Shown piece after piece: positions 54,994 through 62,605 of a DNA stretch of 64,000 nt (within the stretch, counting starts at the first letter, position 1; each line of letters opens with the position of its first letter). The stretch comes from a virus (lineage: Duplodnaviria; Caudoviricetes): IMG/VR virus record IMGVR_UViG_3300044961_000667. One strand, written 5' to 3'. The notes below the pieces were generated by a model. That model searched no databases, had not been told where the DNA came from, and saw only the letters and a list, made by a program, of their open reading frames with translations. Both the position numbers and the translations under genes were made by a program.

Positions 54994-55349
54994 AGAACGA
55001 CAGCCCGCACGGGCTTTCCGCTCATCTCGTTCGGCAAGTTGGTCAACCTCATTCTCGTCGCGACCAGCAGCACGCCAGTGACGCTCGGATGCTGCAGGTA
55101 CCGATGGATCTGCCTCGTCTCCTTCGACAGCGATCCACCAATCTTCACCTCGATCACCGTTCCCCCAACCATGAAGTCGGCGATGTCGGTGGCGCTCAGG
55201 TACACCTCGCGCTGGAAGTCGATGCCGCGGACCAGCTTCGCTGCCAGCAGCACCTGCTCGATGCCAGCCTGCAGCTCCTTCTCGTTCACGTAGGAGTACC
55301 GGTGCGAGCGAATCAGCTCGGCCAGCGCCCCGAGATCCAGGCCGCTCAT
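54975..55349 (-). CDS. Small PD-(D/E)xK nuclease (GxxExxY-like)
   Basis: EKELQ...FQREV...IADFMV...VIEVK...QIHRYL...GVLLV. Confidence 0.6.
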   Translation of the reverse strand: MSGLDLGALAELIRSHRYSYVNEKELQAGIEQVLLAAKLVRGIDFQREVYLSATDIADFMVGGTVIEVKIGGSLSKETRQIHRYLQHPSVTGVLLVATRMRLTNLPNEMSGKPVRAVVLWESML

Positions 55350-55359
55350 CGCAGTTTCA

Positions 55360-55719
55360 CTACCAGCACTTGTACTCGGAGTACACGGCCACCATACCGC
55401 CCGGCAGGAACTTGTGCGACACGATCGAGTCGCCTCCATGGAAGAACTCGCACCAGTAGAAGGCGTCCATCATCAACTCCTTCGACACGAGAAACTCCAG
55501 GCTCTTGTACTGGCGCGACGTCCTGCCGAACGTCTCGCTCACCGCCACGAAGTGACGAAACGGAGCCCCATCAACCGGCGCCTGCGCCTGCTGCTCGCGC
55601 ATCATCCGGTGAAACTCCTCCTCCGTGAGCTTCTTGGCCGGCGGTCGCGTCGGCTCCGAAACCGAGATCGCCACCTTCTGGCCGCCATCCATCTCAAGCA
55701 CTCCGAGCTGCTTCATCAC
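55360..55719 (-). CDS. Hypothetical protein
   Basis: 119 aa, coupled to neighbours. Confidence 0.6.
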   Translation of the reverse strand: MMKQLGVLEMDGGQKVAISVSEPTRPPAKKLTEEEFHRMMREQQAQAPVDGAPFRHFVAVSETFGRTSRQYKSLEFLVSKELMMDAFYWCEFFHGGDSIVSHKFLPGGMVAVYSEYKCW

Positions 55720-56062
55720 GTGACTCCTCCTTCGGCCAGAAGTCGCTGCAGAGCGGCGTGCACACGTGCCCCTTGTCGAGAACGTACAGCCTGGCCCTGC
55801 GGTTCTTGAAGTTCGACTCGATGCCGTACAGGCCGTACGGCGCCATCTCGTTGCTGATCGCGATAGCGCTCACCTTCGGGAGCCTCAGCTCGCGAATGCA
55901 CTCCTTGATGTTCTCTCCCGGCATCATCCCGACCACCAGCGCCTTTTCATCTGGGCCAGGGATTCTCTGCCACTCCATCGCCTCGATGGCCTTGAGCACC
56001 TCCGCGCGCTGCTTCTCAGTCGCCGTGTGCTCCGCCCCGACCTTCATCCACGTCCGCTGCAT
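55694..56062 (-). CDS. Hypothetical protein
   Basis: 122 aa. Confidence 0.6.
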   Translation of the reverse strand: MQRTWMKVGAEHTATEKQRAEVLKAIEAMEWQRIPGPDEKALVVGMMPGENIKECIRELRLPKVSAIAISNEMAPYGLYGIESNFKNRRARLYVLDKGHVCTPLCSDFWPKEESRDEAARSA

Positions 56063-56063
56063 C

Positions 56064-56435
56064 TCACTCTCCGTTCAGTCTGCGGTACTCGGCGTTGATC
56101 GCGTTCAACAGTCGCTTGAACCGGATCATCAGCCCCATCGCCTGGATCCTGCTGGCGTCGTCCTTCAGCAACGACGAGATCTCCAGGATCTTGCACATCG
56201 TGTCGATCTCTCCGAACGAGAGCCGATGATCGAAGTCCGGCACGTTCGCGACGCAGCCGCTGATCTGGAACAGGAAGCCGCCCTCCTGGCCGGCCGCCTT
56301 GCACTTCCAGTCGTAGTGCACCGACGACAGGTGCAGGAGCAGCGCGATCTCCGGCTGCTCGAACCGCTCCCGCACCCTCACTTCGTAGTCGAACTGGACC
56401 GGCTTGAAGCCGAGGCGCTTCTCCTCCGCGGGCAT
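56064..56435 (-). CDS. Hypothetical protein
   Basis: 123 aa. Confidence 0.6.
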   Translation of the reverse strand: MPAEEKRLGFKPVQFDYEVRVRERFEQPEIALLLHLSSVHYDWKCKAAGQEGGFLFQISGCVANVPDFDHRLSFGEIDTMCKILEISSLLKDDASRIQAMGLMIRFKRLLNAINAEYRRLNGE

Positions 56436-56438
56436 CCA

Positions 56439-57089
56439 TCAGTAGCCCCACCCGCTCCGGCGCTCTCGATCCCGACGGTACCGCAGGGTCTCCTCTTCCC
56501 AGCAGCCCATCCACGGCTTCAAGCCCTCGCCCTTGTTCAGGCGGTGCGTGAAGACACGCTTCAGCTTCGACATCTGTTCGAGGTTGTCCTCGCAGACGGT
56601 CGGCCAGATGTCGAAGTACGCCGAGTCGTACTTCGTGGTGGTCGGCGGCTTCCAGGTGAGGATGTCCTCACACACCACCTTCAGCTTGGCTGCCTCCGGC
56701 AGCGTCGCCTGGAGCGATGGCAGCACCACGTCGATGACGTCCTGGTACTTCTCGACGACGGTGACCGACTTCACGTCGGGCTTCTGCAACACCGGGATCA
56801 ACACCATCCCGATGCCGAGACCGCCGATGAGCGCGTCGCCCTTGAGCTGGCGGACCGCGAAGCTGTTCGACCGCCACTCGAACTGAGTGTCCGTCATCAT
56901 CAGGACACCGTTCACCGAAAGCCGGGCGTATGTCCCAGGCTCGACGAAGTCGTTGGGGTGGCCGAACGACGCACGCAGCCTCGTCCGGTCAGAGTCCTGC
57001 TTGGTGACCTCGAAGTGCTCGACCTTCGCGCTGCCCTTCTGTCCGGGCATCACGTACTTCGCCACGCTGGGCTTTTCGATTCGCATCAT
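56439..57089 (-). CDS. Spermidine-synthase-like SAM-binding fold protein
   Basis: MMTDTQFE, DALIGGLGIGM, VTVVEKYQDVID, YDSAYFDIW. Confidence 0.75.
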   Translation of the reverse strand: MMRIEKPSVAKYVMPGQKGSAKVEHFEVTKQDSDRTRLRASFGHPNDFVEPGTYARLSVNGVLMMTDTQFEWRSNSFAVRQLKGDALIGGLGIGMVLIPVLQKPDVKSVTVVEKYQDVIDVVLPSLQATLPEAAKLKVVCEDILTWKPPTTTKYDSAYFDIWPTVCEDNLEQMSKLKRVFTHRLNKGEGLKPWMGCWEEETLRYRRDRERRSGWGY

Positions 57090-57127
57090 CCGCTCCTTGT
57101 TGGCCCCATGGGGTTGGGGATTCTGTG

Positions 57128-57160
57128 AAGCTACCTCACTGAATCTGTTTCGTCAAGAGG
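57128..57160 (-). promoter_or_regulatory. CCTC-TTGACG-17-TAGCTT promoter
   Basis: -35 at 57151-57156, -10 at 57128-57133. Confidence 0.75.
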
Positions 57161-57161
57161 C

Positions 57162-57572
57162 TTAGTCTTCTTCCGGCAGCATCAGCGTCACCGCCGGCTC
57201 GCCGCGATCGTCTGGCCCCACATGCAGCTTGAACACGAACTTCTTCTGCCGCCCGACGCCGGCGATCAGCACCTCGAAGAACCGAGCGTCAGGACCGGCA
57301 TCCATGCCTCGGAGCCGCACGGGCATCGCCCGCGCCATCCACAGCATGTCGTGAACGACGCCGTCGACGCTGTTCATCGCCCGCTTGTTGGCGACCGCCT
57401 TCTCGATGATCGACCACACGGCCGAAGTACACACCACGCTCCGGCCAGGGTGATGCTGGCGGCACACGTCAGGCGCCAGAGCCACGAGATCGACGAGGTG
57501 GCCGTCTTCGATGGCCTGCGCTCGCGTGTACACGCTGATCGGCTTTCCGAACACCTCTTCGAGACTTCCCAT
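57162..57572 (-). CDS. Conserved hypothetical protein (DUF6573-like)
   Basis: ISVYTRAQAIEDGHLVD...TSAVW...HDMLWM...GPDDRGEPAVTLMLPEED. Confidence 0.7.
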   Translation of the reverse strand: MGSLEEVFGKPISVYTRAQAIEDGHLVDLVALAPDVCRQHHPGRSVVCTSAVWSIIEKAVANKRAMNSVDGVVHDMLWMARAMPVRLRGMDAGPDARFFEVLIAGVGRQKKFVFKLHVGPDDRGEPAVTLMLPEED

Positions 57573-57891
57573 CTTCGTCCGTCCTTTCATCGAAAACGCC
57601 TGGCAGGAGAGTCCATCTCGTCCCGCCCTTGAGTACCTGCGCCGGCTCGTACAGCGCGAACAGCGTCACCTCTCCATCGAAGCTCTCCGGCAGCTCAAAC
57701 CCGGCCTTCAACGCCTCAGCCCTGGCGAACTGCCTCTTCGATGTCACCTTGGCCTGCTGCTGCTGCGACAACGCCTTCCACGCGCGACGGACTGCGGCTC
57801 TGCCGCGACGAATCTCTCGCTCGGAGACGTTCAACCACGCGTTGGAGAGCCACTCCCCTCCAACGGATCTGAATCGCACCTGCAAGGCCAT
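57469..57891 (-). CDS. Hypothetical protein
   Basis: TGATG-coupled start MALQV; 3' end overlaps the next gene. Confidence 0.5.
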   Translation of the reverse strand: MALQVRFRSVGGEWLSNAWLNVSEREIRRGRAAVRRAWKALSQQQQAKVTSKRQFARAEALKAGFELPESFDGEVTLFALYEPAQVLKGGTRWTLLPGVFDERTDEDGKSRRGVRKADQRVHASAGHRRRPPRRSRGSGA

Positions 57892-58358
57892 CAGCTGACG
57901 CGAGCCTCCCACTTCATCTCTTCCTCGGCTTCCTTGGCGAGCACCGCCGCGCACGCCGAGCAGACGTTGGTGCCCGTCCGCCCCTCCATCAGGCACTTCA
58001 GCTTGGCGCCGTGCCCGTCAGTGCGCCCCTCGGGAGCGACCTTCGCCTCGAACGCCTTCAACTCCTCTTCAGTGGCGACAGCGACCAGGCCAGGAGAGAC
58101 GCGCCAGCCGCCGGGGAAGCCCTTCACGTCGACCGTCACCGTCTTCGTGTTGACCGACTTCACCTTGCCAACGAGGCTCTGCCCGCGGCCCTTGAACTTC
58201 ACCGCCTGCCCAGGAAGAAGGCGCTTCTCCGCCATCAGCTCCTGCGCCGCTGTCGCGCTCACCTGATTCCACCGCTGACGAAGAGCGTCGCTCACGCGCT
58301 TCAGATCTTCGTGGGTGCTGATCTTCGCCAGTGCATCAATCGCCTCTCGAACCGACAT
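57891..58358 (-). CDS. Hypothetical protein with SH3/KOW-like segment
   Basis: GQAVKF...GKVKSVNTKTVTV...WRVSP. Confidence 0.65.
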   Translation of the reverse strand: MSVREAIDALAKISTHEDLKRVSDALRQRWNQVSATAAQELMAEKRLLPGQAVKFKGRGQSLVGKVKSVNTKTVTVDVKGFPGGWRVSPGLVAVATEEELKAFEAKVAPEGRTDGHGAKLKCLMEGRTGTNVCSACAAVLAKEAEEEMKWEARVS

Positions 58359-58376
58359 CTCCGTCTCCTTCGGGGA

Positions 58377-58784
58377 TCAACCCCACGTGATGACTCCGTC
58401 GCCAGCCTTCTCGGCCAGCTCCAACAACTGCTTCGTCTTCTGTCGCAGGTAGCCGGGAGGACGGCCGCCGAAGATGACTCGCGGGCCGGGCTCGCCAGCA
58501 ACCAGGCGCTGGGAACCATCCGGCTCAATCACGAAGAGTCGATTCTCTCCGCTGTCAGTCGCTGCCAGCCCTTCGTCGTGATTCTGAGGGATGTCCCACA
58601 AGCGCCGGCGACACCGAGCAGCAAGCTCTCGGGCGCTGATGCTGCCGAGCAGTCCATCAGGTCCATCCAGCGGGATGTCGAGCCAGCGAAGGATGTCGCA
58701 GGCATTCACGTTGCTGACGTTGATCTGCCCCTCCCCGGTTTCAACGTCCGATGGGATGCTGGGGCTCTCGAAGGTGACCGACAT
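58377..58784 (-). CDS. Hypothetical protein
   Basis: 135 aa with AGGAGG RBS. Confidence 0.7.
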   Translation of the reverse strand: MSVTFESPSIPSDVETGEGQINVSNVNACDILRWLDIPLDGPDGLLGSISARELAARCRRRLWDIPQNHDEGLAATDSGENRLFVIEPDGSQRLVAGEPGPRVIFGGRPPGYLRQKTKQLLELAEKAGDGVITWG

Positions 58785-58834
58785 TCACTTCCTCCTGGTT
58801 CCCGCCTGGGTTGGCGGAGGTGGATTGTCAGAAC

Positions 58835-58867
58835 ATCATGCCAGACGATGCGTGTTTCGTCAAGAGG
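58835..58867 (-). promoter_or_regulatory. CCTC-TTGACG-17-CATGAT promoter
   Basis: -35 at 58858-58863. Confidence 0.75.
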
Positions 58868-58873
58868 CCGCGC

Positions 58874-59086
58874 TCACTCCCACTGAATGTCGCCCGGCTC
58901 AACCTTCACCGACCCGCCCTGCTGGCAGTGCCTGCAGAGGAAGTCGACGATGAACGGCGCTTCGTCGGCCTGCGTGGCCGACGTTGGATCTGCCTCGTGC
59001 TTCCCGTCGACTGCGACCTGGCAGTGCTCGTAGCAGGGAGGGGACTTCTTGCAGACCTTGCACTTCGCCTCGCTCTTCTTGCCCAT
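58874..59086 (-). CDS. Small zinc-finger protein
   Basis: CKVC...C..HC...CRHC. Confidence 0.6.
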   Translation of the reverse strand: MGKKSEAKCKVCKKSPPCYEHCQVAVDGKHEADPTSATQADEAPFIVDFLCRHCQQGGSVKVEPGDIQWE

Positions 59087-59096
59087 GGTCGTTTCT

Positions 59097-59162
59097 CCGG
59101 GTGTAGCGGTATTCAGGCTCGGACGTTCGCTCGTGGGCGGCTCTGTGCGGCAACGTCGCGCA
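59097..59162. repeat. ~66-bp dispersed repeat, copy A
   Basis: First 20 bp (ccgggtgtagcggtattcag) identical to 62532-62551; similarity continues to cgtcgcgca. Confidence 0.85.
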
Positions 59163-59165
59163 ACC

Positions 59166-59181
59166 GTGCAATCGATTGCGC
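59166..59181. promoter_or_regulatory. GTGCAATCGATTGCGC palindrome (copy 6)
   Basis: Intergenic, 4 bp from parS. Confidence 0.8.
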
Positions 59182-59185
59182 GACT

Positions 59186-59201
59186 CGTTCCACGTGGAAC
59201 A
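59186..59201. other. parS centromere-like site (TGTTCCACGTGGAACG on the minus strand)
   Basis: Perfect 14-bp palindrome GTTCCACGTGGAAC matching the bacterial parS consensus family; intergenic. Confidence 0.8.
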
Positions 59202-59204
59202 GCC

Positions 59205-59591
59205 TCAGTTGAAGTAGTCGCCGCCGGTCGCGAGCTTCATCTTCTCGGCGGCCTTGGACAGGACCCCGCTCAGCTCCGAGAAGACAGTCTCGTACTCGTC
59301 GCCGTAGATGACAGCGACGGCCGAGCCGTCGTTCGGCCCGATAGACGGCGCCGTACAGTACTCGCTGCCGCTCAGCTGCCCTTCGGCGTCCGCGTACTGG
59401 TCCGGCGTGACGAGGAAGCTGCCACACGCCCCGCGGTGCCAGAGATCCGAGCCCACCGTGCCGCTCGACATGCCGTAGGCGTTGAGGAACGCCTGCACGT
59501 CGGGATCCTGGAGCACCTCTTTCGGGAACCAGTGGATCACGCTGCTGCTGTTGGTGATGAAGCCCACGTTCACAACAAGTCGCATCTGCAT
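59205..59591 (-). CDS. Conserved hypothetical protein with N-terminal GFITNSSS motif
   Basis: MQMRLVVNVGFITNSSSV resembles the K(I/V)RxxFV(S/T)NSSS phage protein family; adjacent to the radical SAM gene. Confidence 0.65.
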   Translation of the reverse strand: MQMRLVVNVGFITNSSSVIHWFPKEVLQDPDVQAFLNAYGMSSGTVGSDLWHRGACGSFLVTPDQYADAEGQLSGSEYCTAPSIGPNDGSAVAVIYGDEYETVFSELSGVLSKAAEKMKLATGGDYFN

Positions 59592-59593
59592 CG

Positions 59594-60958
59594 TCAGTCC
59601 TCTCTCTCCGTCCTCATCACGAGAGCGAATCTCTCGCTGAACGGCTTGTTCTCTTCCTCGGTCAGCTTGCGGCCGAGCTTCTTCTCCAGATCCGTCATCT
59701 CCTTGATGACCTGGCGCATCTCCACGTCACGCTTGGCATCGGCCGTCAACGGCGGCTGGCCTCCGTTGTGCTCCGCGAAAGCGCAGGCGAAGTAGTGGTG
59801 CTTGCTCGGCGTCGCACACCGGTTGCGTTCGGCGCAGTCGTAGCACCGGCCTCCGTGTGCCTCTCCAGTGCGGAACCCGAAGCCCTTGTTCCAGACAGCC
59901 TGCAGCGACTCTCCTTCGAGCACCGACTTCGGGAGGAAGCGGCGCTCCTCCGGCGTGTCGTCAGGCTGCGGCTTGGCCGGCGGGTCGAACGAGCTGTGAC
60001 TCATCCGCCCACGCGGGTCGACGTACGCCGAGAACAGGCCCTCCGAGCGCGAAGCGAAGGTGGTGCTCACACCAATCTCCGGGCGGCTGATGAAGTACGG
60101 CAACAGCCCTTCGGAGAACGCGATCCGCATCTTCGCGTCGATCGCCCTCTTGAGCGCGTCCGGCAGCAACTTGCCGTACACCTCCTTCGACATGATGCGG
60201 CTCAGCGTGCCTCGCCCGACGTCGGGGTAGTACGCAAGCAACACCACGTTCAGCAGGCCGACCTTCTTCTGGAGGTCGACCAGGAGGTCGATGTTCTTCG
60301 CGACATCGCAGTCGGCGATCACGTGGACGTTGACCTGCACCCGAAGCGCCTTCCGCAGACGCGCGTAGTGCTCCTCGAACCAGGCGATGCCGCGGTGCGC
60401 ATGGAACGTCATCGCGATGCCGCCGCACACCTCGTTCGTGGCGTCGATCACGTCCTGGCGGAACAGGTGCCCCGCCGTCGTGTAGTTCGGGACCGTCCCC
60501 AACTCGCGAGCGCGGAAGAGCATCTCCGGGAGATCCGGGTGAGCCGTCGGCTCTCCACCGCCGATGGCGATCTGGTAGGGCGCGTGGGCGAACGACTTCA
60601 GCACGGTCTCGATGATCGACTTGGGCGCGTGCTTCTGGCGAGCCGTCGAGTCCTGGTAGCAGTACGTGCAGCCGAAGTCGCACCAGTCGGTGATGCTGAT
60701 GTCCAGGGTCTCAGGCGAGGGCGAAAACGCTTCCTCTCTCCACCCGAACTTGGCCTCCCACGCCTTCCGCAGACCCTCGTCGTACTCGCGACCGCCGAGC
60801 TTCCGGAACAGCTCGCTCCTCATCGTGTCGCCGTACGAGCGCCTGGTCTTCGGCTGGGCGAAACTCCGCACCAGCGTCCCCGTCGAGGGATCGAACGTCG
60901 ACTGGTAGAACACGACGCCCCGGAACTCGTTCTTCATCGACCGCAGCTTCGACATCAC
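59594..60958 (-). CDS. Radical SAM enzyme with SPASM/twitch-like C-terminal Cys cluster
   Basis: CDFGCTYC (CxxxCxxC), GGGEPTAHPD, C-terminal CYDC...C...C. Confidence 0.9.
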   Translation of the reverse strand: MMSKLRSMKNEFRGVVFYQSTFDPSTGTLVRSFAQPKTRRSYGDTMRSELFRKLGGREYDEGLRKAWEAKFGWREEAFSPSPETLDISITDWCDFGCTYCYQDSTARQKHAPKSIIETVLKSFAHAPYQIAIGGGEPTAHPDLPEMLFRARELGTVPNYTTAGHLFRQDVIDATNEVCGGIAMTFHAHRGIAWFEEHYARLRKALRVQVNVHVIADCDVAKNIDLLVDLQKKVGLLNVVLLAYYPDVGRGTLSRIMSKEVYGKLLPDALKRAIDAKMRIAFSEGLLPYFISRPEIGVSTTFASRSEGLFSAYVDPRGRMSHSSFDPPAKPQPDDTPEERRFLPKSVLEGESLQAVWNKGFGFRTGEAHGGRCYDCAERNRCATPSKHHYFACAFAEHNGGQPPLTADAKRDVEMRQVIKEMTDLEKKLGRKLTEEENKPFSERFALVMRTERED

Positions 60959-61158
60959 TTCCTCCGTTCCACTTCCTCGACAGCCGACGTGAGAAACGCG
61001 AAGCAGGCGTGCTCCGGCCGCACGTAGAACATCGCGTACAGCTTCCTCACGTTCACCAGCACGTCAGACGATCCGCCGTGCTTCTCCACCAACGCCTTGA
61101 CCCTCACGACCAACGCGTCGACTTCCTCCTGACGTACGATCTGAGGGACGAAGTCCAT
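60955..61158 (-). CDS. Small hypothetical protein
   Basis: 67 aa, coupled on both sides. Confidence 0.55.
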   Translation of the reverse strand: MDFVPQIVRQEEVDALVVRVKALVEKHGGSSDVLVNVRKLYAMFYVRPEHACFAFLTSAVEEVERRK

Positions 61159-61598
61159 CAGCCGACCTCGAACGAGACCGTCTCCTCGCCGTCAGGCGGC
61201 TCCATCATCGAGCCCCCGGTCTGCCAGGAGTCGATGGTGAAGGTGCCAGCTCTACCGTCCGTCGTAGAGCACCTCACTGAGAGCTTGAACGACGAGCCGC
61301 GGAACGACGTGGAGTACTGGCAGTCCTTCACCTCCAGGACCTGCAGCGGCGTCGGCAACTGCTCGACGTCAGGATCTGCCTCGTTCCAGTCCTTCACCGC
61401 CCTCACCACCTCCTGCAACGCGACATCGGGCTGACGAAGCCTCTCCTGCTCCTGGACGCGGTCCTTCTCCATCTCGTCCATGAAGTCGCCCATCAGCTCC
61501 CCACCGGATCGGCCTTGGCCCTCCTTCTCGGCCTCAGCAGCCCAGAACTCGGCGGTCGTCATCACCTTGCATCCCGTCACTGGATCGATCTTCGGCAT
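61158..61598 (-). CDS. Hypothetical protein
   Basis: 146 aa. Confidence 0.65.
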   Translation of the reverse strand: MPKIDPVTGCKVMTTAEFWAAEAEKEGQGRSGGELMGDFMDEMEKDRVQEQERLRQPDVALQEVVRAVKDWNEADPDVEQLPTPLQVLEVKDCQYSTSFRGSSFKLSVRCSTTDGRAGTFTIDSWQTGGSMMEPPDGEETVSFEVG

Positions 61599-61607
61599 CG
61601 TCTCTCC

Positions 61608-62213
61608 TCAGTCGTCGTCTTCTTCGCGCTCGCGGTCGCCGTACCAGTGGTTCTCGCGGATGTACTTCACCGCCGCCTCCGCCGAGGTGAAGGTCTTCAC
61701 CTCGTTCTCGCGCTTCGTCAGCACCAGCTCGGACAAGTCGGGCTTCGCCCGCAGCTCGAACGAGCCGAACCGCGAGAGCGAGTTCTCGAAGATGGCGAAC
61801 CACACATACCCGTCTTCGTGCGGCGTCATCAGCGGCGCGAAGTGCTTCACGCCGGCGAGGTTCATCTGCTCGCTCTTGTCCGTGCGCTCGACCTTGAGCT
61901 TGACCGACGCCTCCATCGTGTCGGACCAGTAGCCTGAGTGCCACATGTCGAACTCCTCGCGGAGCCGCTTCTCGAAGTGGCGGTACAGCAGCATCGACCC
62001 GCCGCCACCCTCCGCCAACTCCTTCAGCATCGTCTTCCAGTCGGGCCCGCTGCCATCGGCCAGGCGCAGCTGATCGCGCCGCTCCTCCAGCTTCCGGATC
62101 TCGTCGTAGAGCACCACAGCCTTGTCCTGTAGCGGCTTCATCTGCTCGAAGAGCGCGTTGCGTTCCTCGGACAGCTTCTTCATCTGCTGTTCGACCTGCT
62201 CGGCCTCGTTCAA
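61608..62213 (-). CDS. Hypothetical protein with N-terminal coiled coil
   Basis: TTG start after AGGAG; 201 aa. Confidence 0.65.
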   Translation of the reverse strand: MNEAEQVEQQMKKLSEERNALFEQMKPLQDKAVVLYDEIRKLEERRDQLRLADGSGPDWKTMLKELAEGGGGSMLLYRHFEKRLREEFDMWHSGYWSDTMEASVKLKVERTDKSEQMNLAGVKHFAPLMTPHEDGYVWFAIFENSLSRFGSFELRAKPDLSELVLTKRENEVKTFTSAEAAVKYIRENHWYGDREREEDDD

Positions 62214-62267
62214 ATTCGTCTCCTGGCAAAGGCCAGGGGGAGAGATCCCCCCGGCCTCGCCGAGTCG

Positions 62268-62387
62268 TCAGCGGGTGGTGACAGCGAAGAGCTGCCCCAG
62301 CACCAGCTCTCTCACGAGGTGGGCTGCGGGGCGTCCCGCGTTCTGCTCACGGAAGCCCTCCGGGTCTGCTTCAAAGATGGCTGACAT
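62268..62387 (-). CDS. 39-aa ORF, possibly a truncated gene remnant
   Basis: AAGGAG RBS, promoter upstream; MSAIFEADPEGFREQNAGRPAAHLVRELVLGQLFAVTTR. Below the track's size cutoff. Confidence 0.45.
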   Translation of the reverse strand: MSAIFEADPEGFREQNAGRPAAHLVRELVLGQLFAVTTR

Positions 62388-62462
62388 CAATCGCTCCTTG
62401 GTTGGGGAACATGCGCTTCCTCCTTCGTCTCCTCCATGGATTTGGGGGGAGGGGAGATTCTT

Positions 62463-62494
62463 AATCTACCAGACTGGCAGAGTTTGTCAAGAGG
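62463..62494 (-). promoter_or_regulatory. CCTC-TTGACA-16-TAGATT promoter
   Basis: -35 at 62485-62490. Confidence 0.7.
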
Positions 62495-62531
62495 AAAGAG
62501 CGTCGACACGCCTCTGGTGGCAGAGCGTTTG

Positions 62532-62598
62532 CCGGGTGTAGCGGTATTCAGCTCGTGTCTTTCGCTCGTAGGCGCTCAAATGCGAACGCCGTCGCGCA
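62532..62598. repeat. ~66-bp dispersed repeat, copy B
   Basis: Aligns with 59097-59162. Confidence 0.85.
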
Positions 62599-62605
62599 GC
62601 TCGCG

